64,000 nt of DNA, taken from an uncultured delta proteobacterium. Its GTDB lineage: Bacteria; Myxococcota_A; Polyangia; Polyangiales; Polyangiaceae. Below are positions 17,797-27,273 of this stretch, one piece after another. Where the stretch lies: positions 1,888,001-1,952,000 of the forward strand of contig CAWDXG010000004.1 in NCBI GenBank assembly GCA_963806225.1, in the 5' to 3' direction. How positions within the stretch are numbered: the first letter of the stretch is position 1; every line of letters starts with the position of its first letter. The translations under genes were made by a program, and so were the position numbers. The notes below the pieces were generated by a model. That model searched no databases and was not told where the DNA came from. It saw nothing but the letters and a program-made list of their open reading frames with translations.

Positions 17797-18294
17797 TCAG
17801 GGCCCGAGGCGCTTCTCGAGCAGGTGCGCGTCCTGCCCTCGCGGGTAGTACTCGCGTATCGTCCGCACGATCCGGAAGCCCTCCTTCAGGAACAGGTCCA
17901 GCGCCGCCAGGTTCGCCTCCGCCGTGGCGAGCTCGATGCGCGCCACGGCGAGCGAGCGCGCCTCGGCCTCGACATGCCATAGCAGGCGGCGACCTATCCC
18001 GAGGCCGCGCGAAGCCGGCTCCACCGCGATGGCGTCGAGCCGAACGATGCGTTGGGAGCCGGGGCGCATCACGGCAAAGCCGAGTCGCGCGCCGCCGCGC
18101 ACGGCGAGCCAGGTGTGCGCATCCGGCTCATCGGACATGGAGACGGTATGCCGCGCCGAGCTCGGCGAGTACTCGGCGAACGCTTCGCTCGCGAGCGCGG
18201 CGATGAACGCCACGTCCGAGCGCTGACGGGTGCGGATATCAAGGTCCAAATCCAGCAGCAAACCTGACGCTTCGCAGGGCGATCGGCAATGCAC
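17797..18294 (-). CDS. GNAT (RimI-like) N-acetyltransferase; start uncertain
   Basis: IAVEPASRGLGIG, NLAALDLF, GF...YY...DA. Confidence 0.8.
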   Translation of the reverse strand: MHCRSPCEASGLLLDLDLDIRTRQRSDVAFIAALASEAFAEYSPSSARHTVSMSDEPDAHTWLAVRGGARLGFAVMRPGSQRIVRLDAIAVEPASRGLGIGRRLLWHVEAEARSLAVARIELATAEANLAALDLFLKEGFRIVRTIREYYPRGQDAHLLEKRLGP

Positions 18295-18479
18295 GGCCGG
18301 GTGCCCGGTCTTCCGCTCGATCCGTCAACCCCGCGGATCTGTTCGGGCATTCAGCGGAGGCCGGAGCGCGCGCGAATCGCCGCCGCGTCGCGGCCGGGCG
18401 GGGGCGGATACCACGGACGGTGCAGCGTGCCCCGGGCGATGATATCAGTTGCCGCGGTGCGGCCCGCCGAGCGTTCCCC

Positions 18480-19679
18480 ATGACCGGTACCCAGCTCCTC
18501 GTATTGGTCACGATCGCGCTGTTCGTGGCGGGGTTCGTCGAGGTCTTCCTGCATCGGCGCAACCTCGGTCGCATGCGCATCCGCGTGCACGTCAATGGCA
18601 CGCGCGGCAAGTCGAGCGTCACGCGGCTCATCGCCTCGGGCCTGCGCGAAGCGGGCATCGTCACCTGCGCCAAGACCACCGGCACGCTGGCCCGGATGAT
18701 CCTTCCGGACGGGCAGGAGCTGCCCATCTTCCGTCCGGCGGGGCCGAACATCATCGAACAGAAGCGCATCATCGCCACGGCTGCCGCCTACCAGGCGGAA
18801 GCGTTGATCGTGGAGTGCATGGCGCTGCAGCCCGAGCTGCAGGCACTCTGCGAGCTGAAGATGATCCGCGCCACTCACGGCGTCATCACCAATGCGCGCC
18901 CCGACCATCTCGACGTGATGGGCCCGGACGACCGGCACGTGGCGCTCGCGCTCAGCGGCATGACGCCGGTGAAGGGACGTCTGTACACGGCGGAGCAGGA
19001 GCAGCTCGACGTGCTGCGCGAGGCGGCGGAAGATCGCGGCACCGAGCTCATCGCGATCGGCAACGACGACGTGGCCTCTGTCACGGAGGAGATGCTCGCC
19101 GGGTTCGGCTACACCGAACACCCGGACAACGTCGCGCTGGCGCTGCGCGTCCTTGTCGACCTCGGCGTGGAGCGCGAGGTCGCGATCCGCGGCATGTGGA
19201 ACACTCCGCCCGACCCCGGCGCCCTGACCGAGCACCAGCTCGACTTCTTCGGGCGGCGGATCGTGTTCCTCAATGGGTTTGCAGCGAACGACCCGGTGTC
19301 GACGCAGCAGCTCTGGGACACGGCGACGGCCGAGCACCCCGACGTGGAACGCCGCATCGCCATCTTCAACTGCCGCGCGGATCGGCCCGACCGCTCGATG
19401 CAGCTCGGATCGGAATTTCCGCTGTGGTCGCCTGCAGATTTCGTGGTGCTGATGGGGACCGGCACGTACCTGTTTGCCCGCGCCGCGGCCAAGGCGGGCT
19501 ATGACGCCTCGAGACTGGTGGTGGTGGAGGACCTGCGCGTGGAAGAGATCTTCGAACGGCTGGTGAGCCTGGTCGAGTCGTCGGCGTTGATCATGGGGAT
19601 GGGCAACATCGGCGGACAGGGCCTGGATGTCGTCCGGTATTTCAAGAACCGCTCGGTGCTGGAGGAGGCCGCGTCATGA
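18480..19679 (+). CDS. pgsB: Poly-gamma-glutamate synthase PgsB/CapB
   Basis: HVNGTRGKSSVTRLI, KTTGT, ECMALQP, ITNARPDHLDVMG, NGFAANDP. Confidence 0.95.
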   Translation: MTGTQLLVLVTIALFVAGFVEVFLHRRNLGRMRIRVHVNGTRGKSSVTRLIASGLREAGIVTCAKTTGTLARMILPDGQELPIFRPAGPNIIEQKRIIATAAAYQAEALIVECMALQPELQALCELKMIRATHGVITNARPDHLDVMGPDDRHVALALSGMTPVKGRLYTAEQEQLDVLREAAEDRGTELIAIGNDDVASVTEEMLAGFGYTEHPDNVALALRVLVDLGVEREVAIRGMWNTPPDPGALTEHQLDFFGRRIVFLNGFAANDPVSTQQLWDTATAEHPDVERRIAIFNCRADRPDRSMQLGSEFPLWSPADFVVLMGTGTYLFARAAAKAGYDASRLVVVEDLRVEEIFERLVSLVESSALIMGMGNIGGQGLDVVRYFKNRSVLEEAAS

Positions 19680-20131
19680 TCGAGCTGTTGCCCCTGGCTG
19701 TCGGCATCGGTCTGGCGATCAGCCTGCTCTTCACCGAGATGTTCGGCATCGCGGCAGGCGGCATGATCGTGCCGGGCTACCTGGCTTTGAACCTCACGCG
19801 ACCGATCGACGTCGCGCTGACCATCGCGGCGGGATTCGTAACGTTCGCGATCGTGCACACGCTCTCGTCGTTCATGATCATCTACGGGCGCCGGCGGACG
19901 GTGCTGATGATCCTGGTCGGCTACCTGATCGGGGTGTTTCTGCGCTGGGCGACCGGAGGTATCCAGGTGGGCGGAACGGAGCTGACGGTCATCGGCTTCA
20001 TCATCCCGGGGCTCATCGCCATCTGGCTGGATCGTCAGGGAATCGTGGAAACGACCTCGGCGCTGGTGACGGCCGCCGTCGCGGTGCGGCTGATCCTGAT
20101 CGTGATCCTCGGAACGGAGCTTCCCGGATGA
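19676..20131 (+). CDS. pgsC: Poly-gamma-glutamate biosynthesis membrane protein PgsC/CapC
   Basis: AGGMIVPGYLAL, IYGRRR, IGFIIPGLIA; ATGA overlap with pgsB. Confidence 0.95.
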   Translation: MIELLPLAVGIGLAISLLFTEMFGIAAGGMIVPGYLALNLTRPIDVALTIAAGFVTFAIVHTLSSFMIIYGRRRTVLMILVGYLIGVFLRWATGGIQVGGTELTVIGFIIPGLIAIWLDRQGIVETTSALVTAAVAVRLILIVILGTELPG

Positions 20132-21274
20132 AGCGGGTCTACTGGCGTCCACCGGGAGTGTCGCGCGGCGCGCTAGCGCTGATCGCCGTCGTTGCCGTCG
20201 CCGCGCTGGTTGCGGTCGAGGCTTTCCCGGTCAAGCGCAAGCAGCACTACTACAGCGAGAAGATAGCCGCCGCCAAGCTGGCACTGCGCGCGTTTACCGA
20301 GATCAAGGCCGAGAAGGTCCGCCGCGGCATCCCCATCGACCCCGAGGGGGACCCGGGCAAGACGGGGCTCATCGGCCAGCCGCTGTCGACCGTGACCTCC
20401 AACACCGGCTACATCACCGCCAAGCGGACCAGCGTGAACCCGAACTTCGCTGCCGTGCTGGTCCAGCTGCTCAAGACCGCCAAGGTGAAGCAGGGCGATA
20501 TCGTCGCCGTGGGCGTGTCGGGTTCGTTCCCCGCTCTGAACGCCTGCACGTTCGCCGCGCTCCAGACGCTGAAGCTCCATCCGATCGTGATCGCCAGCGC
20601 GTCCGCCTCCGAGTGGGGCGCCAACAACCCCGAGCTGCTCTGGATCGACATGGAGCACCTGCTCGTGCGAAAAGCAGGTATTCGGCTTCCACTCGATTGC
20701 TGCGTCCCGCGGCGGCATCGATGACCGCGGCTTCGGCATGTCGAAGGAAGGCCGACGCATCATCGACGCGGCGATCGAGCGCAACCAGCTGGAGATGATC
20801 GAACCGCATTCGCTCGTCGACTCGATCGACAAGCGAATGCAGATCTACGACGCCGCCGCCGGCGAACGTCCGATCAAGGCCTACATCAACGTGGGCGGCG
20901 GCACGGCGTCGGTCGGCACACACGTGGGCAAGAAGGAGTTCCGGCGCGGGCTGAATCTGGAGCCGCCCCACAAGAGCGGGCTCGTCGATTCGGTGATGCT
21001 GCGCTTCTCCGAGCGCGACGTGCCGGTGATCCACCTCACTGGCATCGAGGGCATCGCGCGCAAGTACGGCCTGAGCATCGTGCCGGAGGGGATACCGCCC
21101 ATCGGCGAAGGCAACATCTTCGTCAAAGCCGAGTACAACCGTTGGTTGGCGGGCGGCGGGCTGCTCTTGATTTTCCTGGTGATGCTCGCGTTCATCCGGA
21201 TGGACGTGGGGCTGCGCATCCTGCGCGGTGGGCACAAAAAGCAGAACGCCACGCAGCCACAGCAAATGATCTGA
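20128..21274 (+). CDS. pgsW: Poly-gamma-glutamate system protein PgsW-like; +1 frameshift near 20672 (likely sequencing error)
   Basis: TGLIG, AKRTSVNPNFAA, SGSFPALN, SEWGAN in one frame continuing as ASRGGIDD, YINVGG in the next; shift at an AAAA run. Confidence 0.8.
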
Positions 21275-21383
21275 GCGCCCCGCCGCGCCGCGTTGCCGGG
21301 CGCCCATGCTGCGCCCGCAACCCAGCGCGGCGCAGGGCTTGCGCGATCCCCCGCGCGAAGTTCTTGCGCGACGCGGGCCGCAG

Positions 21384-21399
21384 TGGTTCACTTCTTGCT
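21384..21399 (+). promoter_or_regulatory. Putative sigma54 promoter of the USP gene
   Basis: TGGTTCACTTCTTGCT (GG-N10-GC, TTGCT) 16 nt before ATG. Confidence 0.55.
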
Positions 21400-21415
21400 A
21401 CGGATCAACACCGCC

Positions 21416-21958
21416 ATGCCCTCCATCCGGAGCATCCTGGTTCCCGTCGACTTCTCGGACTGTTCTGCCGAGGTGGTCGAACACGCGGCGGAGCTTGCGC
21501 GCGGCCTGGGCGCACAGCTTCGGGTGCTGCATGTGGTCGATCCGCCCGGAGGTATCGCTCTCGACACCCCGCTCGAGATCGGCCAGGACGGAAGGGACAC
21601 GCAGACCGTCATCGAGTACCTCGCAGACGATGCGGAACAGCGGCTGCCGCGCTACCTGGAACAGCTCGACAACGTGTCGGTCCAGAGCATGGTCCGCATC
21701 GGACCCCCGGCAGATACCATCGTCGACGCCGCCGACGAGATCGGCGCCGATCTGATCGTCATGGGAACGCACGGCCGCACGGGGCTCGCGCACATGCTGC
21801 TCGGAAGTGTCGCCGAGCAGGTGCTCCGGCGCACGAGACGCCCGGTCGTGACGATCCGCTCGGAACACGGAGTTCGCTGCAAGGCGAAGAGCTGCAACTG
21901 GTGCAACTCCGGCGTCACCGAGGCCGAGCGCCGGGTGCGCGCCGAGGCGGACGGCTAG
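21416..21958 (+). CDS. Universal stress protein with Cys-rich C-terminal tail
   Basis: ILVPVDFS, DLIVMGTHGRTG, LLGSVAEQVLR; tail CKAKSCNWC. Confidence 0.9.
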   Translation: MPSIRSILVPVDFSDCSAEVVEHAAELARGLGAQLRVLHVVDPPGGIALDTPLEIGQDGRDTQTVIEYLADDAEQRLPRYLEQLDNVSVQSMVRIGPPADTIVDAADEIGADLIVMGTHGRTGLAHMLLGSVAEQVLRRTRRPVVTIRSEHGVRCKAKSCNWCNSGVTEAERRVRAEADG

Positions 21959-22914
21959 CTCAGCGCGCTTTCCGACTTGCCGAGCTGGAGCGCGGGCTGG
22001 AGGTCAGCCCCGGGTTCGAGGCTGCGGTGGAGCACCGCGGGCGGCAGGATCCCGCGCTGGCGGAAAGCGAGCAGGATGCGCTTCATCACGTCCGTCTCGA
22101 ACGGCTTCTCGTACTTGGTGTCCACCACGTAGGCCTTGCCGCGAAGGTGGATGGCTACGTAGTCCTTCTCGATCACCTGCTTGATGAAAACATCGATCGG
22201 CTTGTCGAGGTAGACGTAGCGGCTGCTCAGGATGCCCTCGCTGATAAGCCGTTCGGCCAGCTCGATGTCCTGATCCACCCCGATGTAGAAATCGAACTGC
22301 ACCTGCATCTCCAGCGCGCCGTAGTTGCCGCAGGAAGAGACGTCGGTGAGGATCTTGTTGTTGGGGATGGTGACGACGTTGTGGTCGAGCGTGAACATCT
22401 GCACCGAGCGCAGACCGATCTTGATGATGTCACCGTACTCGCCGCCGTACTTCACGCGATCGCCTACCTGGAACGGGCGATCGAACATGATCGTGACCCC
22501 GGCGATCATGGCAGCGACCAGATCGCGCATGGCGAAGCCGATCGCCACCGCAAGAGTGCCGCCGACGAGTGCGAGCACCGTCTGGTTGATCTGGAAGCTC
22601 AGGCCGATGACGATCCCGCCCGTGGCGAAGTAGGCGAAAAAGCGCGTGAAAGACTCGATCTTCTGGAACATCAGGCGGCGGTGCGCGAAGCGCGCACTGA
22701 CCCGATCCACCACGCTGCTCAGGAACCTGAGCGCAATCATCACGCCGATGATGACGAAGACCGAAAGCAGCACGCCGCTCCAGCGGACGAAGCCGACAAT
22801 CTTGGACAGGTCCTTCGATGCGTCGGTCAGCTGCTGGGCCGAGGCGACCGATGACGCCGAGACGGACGCGAAAAAAGCCGCGAGCGATAGCCATCTGTTC
22901 CGGATCGCATTCAT
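21955..22914 (-). CDS. mscS: Small-conductance mechanosensitive channel (MscS family)
   Basis: AIGFAMRD, DRPFQVGDRV, IGLRS, VTIPN; SD GGAGG. Confidence 0.9.
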   Translation of the reverse strand: MNAIRNRWLSLAAFFASVSASSVASAQQLTDASKDLSKIVGFVRWSGVLLSVFVIIGVMIALRFLSSVVDRVSARFAHRRLMFQKIESFTRFFAYFATGGIVIGLSFQINQTVLALVGGTLAVAIGFAMRDLVAAMIAGVTIMFDRPFQVGDRVKYGGEYGDIIKIGLRSVQMFTLDHNVVTIPNNKILTDVSSCGNYGALEMQVQFDFYIGVDQDIELAERLISEGILSSRYVYLDKPIDVFIKQVIEKDYVAIHLRGKAYVVDTKYEKPFETDVMKRILLAFRQRGILPPAVLHRSLEPGADLQPALQLGKSESALS

Positions 22915-22925
22915 GTCGTCCTCCG

Positions 22926-25900
22926 TTACTCGGTCTTGACGGCCGCTAGCAGGTGTCGTCTCTGCAAAAATCGCGTGACCGCCCGGAACCACCCCCAGCT
23001 CACCCGGTAGCGGCTGCCAATGTGATCGAGGTAGCCCCGGAAACTCGCGTAACGGATGGCGTCGTTCACCTCCCTGAGCGACAGCATGGTCGCCGTGATG
23101 ATGTCGTCCACCTCCGCCAGCTCGAGCTGCACGATGGCCCGGAGAACGAACACCGCGGGGTCCGGCAACCGCTCGAGGTCGCTGGTATCGGGCGCGTTGA
23201 ACAGCTGCACGAGGACCCGGCTGTCGGGGTCAACGCGGAGCGACTCCCGCCAGAAGTGGATCGCCACGGCCGGGTTCCCACCCGCATAGTCCCACAAGAG
23301 GCGGTAGTAGCTCGCTTCGGTACGCGCCAGCTGCTCGGCGTAGAACTCCCGGTCGGGCTCCTCGTCCGTAATGAGCTCGTCGAAGTGCGGCTCTATGCCC
23401 GCCTTTCTCGAGCGCTTCTCGAGCAACTCGGCGATGCCTTCCTCCGACCAGGGCTGCATCACGATGACATCGTCGAACAGCGGCCGCGCGCCCCGCGCCC
23501 GCTCCACGTACTGCCAGATGACGGACCCCATGCAGAAAACCCAGGTGCACGTGATGCTCGATTCGCGTGCGAGCGCGAGCAGCGCGTCCAGGTCGTCGAG
23601 CCCCCCGATGGTCGGGCGCACCAGGCGCTGGGCGTCGTCCACGAGAAGCGCGTTGTCCTCGGTGCGCGCGTTTATCCGCGCGATGATCGTCGTGTCATCG
23701 GCGCCCTCGTCGAGCTCGAGCGCACGGCGTAGCTCGCGACGGAACTCGGCGATGCCTCCGGGAGGACAGTCCACCACGATCGAATCGGGGCGCGTGCGAT
23801 GGATGCGCTGGAGCAGCGTCGTCTTGCCGCTCCCGCGTTCGCCGACCACCGAGAAGACGCCTCCGCCCGGCGCGTCGATGCAACGCACCACCTCGTCGAC
23901 CTCGCCGTCCGCGACGGTCGGCACCAGCAACCCGGCCGCCTGCTCGGGATCCAGCGCCGCGTAGCACTCGGGGTCGAGCGGCTCGCTCGGGACCTCGTCG
24001 TCGCGCTCCTTGGCCTGCTTGGCGATCTCCCGCCGGAACCAGTACGCGAGCACCCGGCGCGTCACGTTGAAACCGCTCACGTAGCTGCGCGCCAGTCGGC
24101 CGACACCGACGCCGATCAGGTATCCGCCACCGAGCGCCGCGGCGACGAAGCTGCTCCAGCCCTCCTGATGCGCGATCAGCCACTCGGTGAAGGCGTTCTT
24201 GCGCCGCGCCTGCATGCGCTCGAAGATCACGGGGCGCCACCAGCGCACGATCACGAGGAAGATAGGCAGAGCCGCCAGCCAGCAGGTGCCGAGCACCCAG
24301 CTGTAGATCGTGCCCTTGCCTACGAGCTGTGTGGTCAGAGACAGCGTCAACCCGACCAGGACGATCACGCGGCCAATCAAGCGTAGCGAGCGCAGACGCA
24401 GCTGATCGGTGTTCTTGCGCCGACGTCGGCGGCCGCGACGCGCGAGAAATTCATCGAGCGCGTCGACGACGATGATGCCGCCGATGGTCCAGCTGAGCAC
24501 GGTCCAGAAGATCTGGACCTCGTACAGACCCTCGACGACGGTGCCGGCGAAACTCATGGCAAGCCACACCAGGACAAGCCACTCGAGGGGCTTGTGCACG
24601 CGCAGCACGAGCCCCGCGAACCGTTCGCCCCAGTGCAGGGCCCGATGCCGGCGGGTGGGACGGCCGGGACTCCGCGCGGCGTCGCGGAGCCGATCGCGAA
24701 GCCCTCCGAGCACCTCCCCTGCGCGGCGGCGCCACCAGAAGAAAGCGAAGAGCAGTGCTAGCAGCTTCAAGAGCGAAACCGTCGCGAAGACATCGCCCGT
24801 GCGATCGCGGTCGGGCGACTTGAGGCCGACGACCCAGTGAGCCGTCGCAAGAACGTGGAAGCGAGTGACCAGCGTGACCTGGCGGATCTCGGCGCGTGCC
24901 TGCTCCAGGCCGCTGGGACTGAACCCGGTCAGGCTGCTGCGCTTGCCCGAGGAGAGCCAACGGTAGAGCGCGAGCCTGTTCTTGTTGAGCTCCTCGACCT
25001 GCTCGAGAAGCATGTTCGCGCGCGACCAGCGCACCGAGCTCGTCTTCTTCTCGAGCTTCTTCTCCTCGGCAAGCACGTCCTTGCGCAGCCGGTCGGCCAC
25101 GCTGCGGTCGACGGCGGCGCCCGCCGTGTCGAGCCGGTCGACGCCTGCGCGCGGAATCGCACTTTCGCCGGCGGATACTTCGTCCAGCGCCGCCGACAGA
25201 TCCGAGCGAGCGCCGCGCAGGGTCTTGATCAGCTCGTCGTAGAGGGTGTCGGCCGCGGTCGCGGTGGCGTCGTGGTCCTGTAGCTTCTGGATCAGGTCGG
25301 AAACGCGACGACGCCATTCCAGCGTTCTCTCCGACTGCCGGGTGATCTCGTGCTGCTGCCGGATGAGATCCGCTTCGTAGCGCGCCTGCTTCTCGCGCAC
25401 GCCCAGCAGGCGCGCGCGTTCCTGCGCCACGAGCCGCACCGCTTCGGATCGCGCCTTCTTGAGATCCTGCAGGGCCTTCTGGCGATCACTGGCAGCCTTT
25501 TCCGCCTGCTGTTCAGCGCTGTTGAGGCCCTTGGCAACAGTCTTCTTCGCTTCTGCTGCCGCCTGCTTTTCGTGCTCGGCGAGAAGCGCGGCGCGCTTCT
25601 TCGCTGGCAGGGAGAGGAACGCGTAGCGGGCCTTGTCGAGATCGAGGCTTGCCTGCCACAGCGTCCGCTCGTCCACCGGCATGGCTTCCGGAGCGGCGTC
25701 CTGGGCGCCGGCGTCGAGCGTCTTCGGCTTTGGCTTCGCGGGTTTCCGTAGCTTCTTCTCCGGCGCGGGGGCTGGCGCGGCGGCCCGTGGCGCCGCGCCG
25801 GCAATCAGCGCCGAGAGGCGCCGCCGCTCGACGCCGATCGCGAGCTCGTCGTCGAGCCGCACGTCGAACAGGGTCGCCGGTGCGACGTCCGGCCCGAGCT

Positions 25901-26159
25901 TGCCGGCGATCAAAGCCTTGATGCTGTGGGCCTTCCGCGCGAGGACCTTGACGTCGTTTCGGACGGGCTCAGCGCCAGCATCGGCCCGGGCCGCCCCTGC
26001 GTCGCCAACTCCCCCGTCCGCTGCGCGAGCATCAGTCGAAACGACCAGCAGGCACGAAAATGCCAGCGCAAATCCGAAACGGAACGCCCTACGGACAGGC
26101 ATCCGCCTTGTCTTAGGCCGCCGGGCAGCCGGCAACAAGGCGGATGGAGTGCTGTTCAT
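22926..26159 (-). CDS. Large membrane protein with coiled-coil, multiple TM helices and C-terminal P-loop (AAA/STAND-like) NTPase; start uncertain
   Basis: Signal-like N-terminus, long helical region, ~5-6 hydrophobic segments, Walker A GERGSGKTT, Walker B LLVDD, GGNP. Confidence 0.75.
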   Translation of the reverse strand: MNSTPSALLPAARRPKTRRMPVRRAFRFGFALAFSCLLVVSTDARAADGGVGDAGAARADAGAEPVRNDVKVLARKAHSIKALIAGKLGPDVAPATLFDVRLDDELAIGVERRRLSALIAGAAPRAAAPAPAPEKKLRKPAKPKPKTLDAGAQDAAPEAMPVDERTLWQASLDLDKARYAFLSLPAKKRAALLAEHEKQAAAEAKKTVAKGLNSAEQQAEKAASDRQKALQDLKKARSEAVRLVAQERARLLGVREKQARYEADLIRQQHEITRQSERTLEWRRRVSDLIQKLQDHDATATAADTLYDELIKTLRGARSDLSAALDEVSAGESAIPRAGVDRLDTAGAAVDRSVADRLRKDVLAEEKKLEKKTSSVRWSRANMLLEQVEELNKNRLALYRWLSSGKRSSLTGFSPSGLEQARAEIRQVTLVTRFHVLATAHWVVGLKSPDRDRTGDVFATVSLLKLLALLFAFFWWRRRAGEVLGGLRDRLRDAARSPGRPTRRHRALHWGERFAGLVLRVHKPLEWLVLVWLAMSFAGTVVEGLYEVQIFWTVLSWTIGGIIVVDALDEFLARRGRRRRRKNTDQLRLRSLRLIGRVIVLVGLTLSLTTQLVGKGTIYSWVLGTCWLAALPIFLVIVRWWRPVIFERMQARRKNAFTEWLIAHQEGWSSFVAAALGGGYLIGVGVGRLARSYVSGFNVTRRVLAYWFRREIAKQAKERDDEVPSEPLDPECYAALDPEQAAGLLVPTVADGEVDEVVRCIDAPGGGVFSVVGERGSGKTTLLQRIHRTRPDSIVVDCPPGGIAEFRRELRRALELDEGADDTTIIARINARTEDNALLVDDAQRLVRPTIGGLDDLDALLALARESSITCTWVFCMGSVIWQYVERARGARPLFDDVIVMQPWSEEGIAELLEKRSRKAGIEPHFDELITDEEPDREFYAEQLARTEASYYRLLWDYAGGNPAVAIHFWRESLRVDPDSRVLVQLFNAPDTSDLERLPDPAVFVLRAIVQLELAEVDDIITATMLSLREVNDAIRYASFRGYLDHIGSRYRVSWGWFRAVTRFLQRRHLLAAVKTE

Positions 26160-26222
26160 CGAAAGCCCGGGTGGACCACGCTAGCGCGCTCCGGAACGCC
26201 ATGATAGCTAGCGCATTCGACG

Positions 26223-27168
26223 ATGTGGAGGAGCGCGGGCCCAGTGGATTGGGCGGTTTTCGCGGGCGCGGTGCTCTGCACGATGCTCGTCAACCGCTTG
26301 CTGTTCGGCGGCGCGACGCATCGCATCTCCTTCCGCGAGGCAGCGCTGCGCAGCACCGTGTGGGTGCTGGCGGCAGCTGGATTCGCCGGCTTCATCTTCT
26401 ACCGGCACGGCCACCACCAGGCGATCACTTTCGCGGTCGCGTATCTCGTCGAGCAGTCGCTTTCGGTCGACAACCTGTTCGTCTTTTTGGTGGTCTTTAC
26501 CTACTTCTCTATCAGCGACGCTGTACCAGGCGCGCGTCCTCACCTGGGGCGTCGCCGGCGCCGTGTTGATGCGCGCCGCTTTCATCCTGGCCGGGACGGC
26601 GCCTGCTCCACCACTTCCACTGGATGATGTACGTGTTCGGAGCCTTCCTCCTGTACACGGCGCTGAAGCTCGGCTTGCGCAAGGAAGAGGAGACGATCAA
26701 TCCTGAAGACAACGTGGCGTTGAAGCTCGCGCGGCGCTTCCTTCCCGCGACGACAAGCTCCATGGCGACCGCTTCTTCGTGATCGAGAACGGCAAGCGAC
26801 TCGCCACGCCGCTGATGCTGGTGCTGATCGTGATCGAGTTCACGGACGTGATGTTCGCGGTCGACTCGGTGCCAGCCGTGCTCGCCATCTCGAAAAACAC
26901 GTTCATCGTCTACACATCGAACATCCTGGCCGTGCTGGGCTTGCGCTCGCTGTACTTCCTCCTGGCGGGGATGATGAGTCGCTTCCACTACCTGGACATC
27001 GGACTGGCCTGCATCCTCGGCTTCGTCGGGCTGAAGATGATTGCAGGCGAGCTCGTGCACATCCCCAATCTGGTGTCGCTCGGCGTGATCGCGCTGATGC
27101 TGGGCGTGGCGGTCGCGGCATCGCTCCTGCGCCCGAACAGGCCCTCCCCGAGCGTGGCGGACAAGTAG
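26223..27168 (+). CDS. terC: TerC/Alx family membrane protein; frameshifted (likely sequencing errors)
   Basis: YLVEQSLSVDNLFVF in one frame; ATPL, EFTDVMFAVDSVPAV, YTSNILAVLGLRSLYF in another. Confidence 0.85.
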
Positions 27169-27273
27169 CTCCGGACGATCGGATGACTTTTGGGGGTTTG
27201 CAGCCCGGACGCGGCGACGCAAGGTAGCGATGGCTCGGCGGACCGCCGACCGCCCCGGACCCCATTCCAGAAG

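Noticed and set aside
13355..17980. 1541-aa antisense ORF and many other long overlapping ORFs
   Set aside because: Shadow ORFs typical of high-GC DNA; Arg/Ala/Gly-rich with no motifs, opposite well-supported genes
22926..26159. Anti-phage STAND/Avs defence system
   Set aside because: No effector nuclease/TIR/Sir2 domain or TPR sensor, has an export signal and TMs, and no defence-island context
26160..26222. yybP-ykoY (Mn) riboswitch expected upstream of terC/alx
   Set aside because: Intergenic space is short and no recognisable consensus is present
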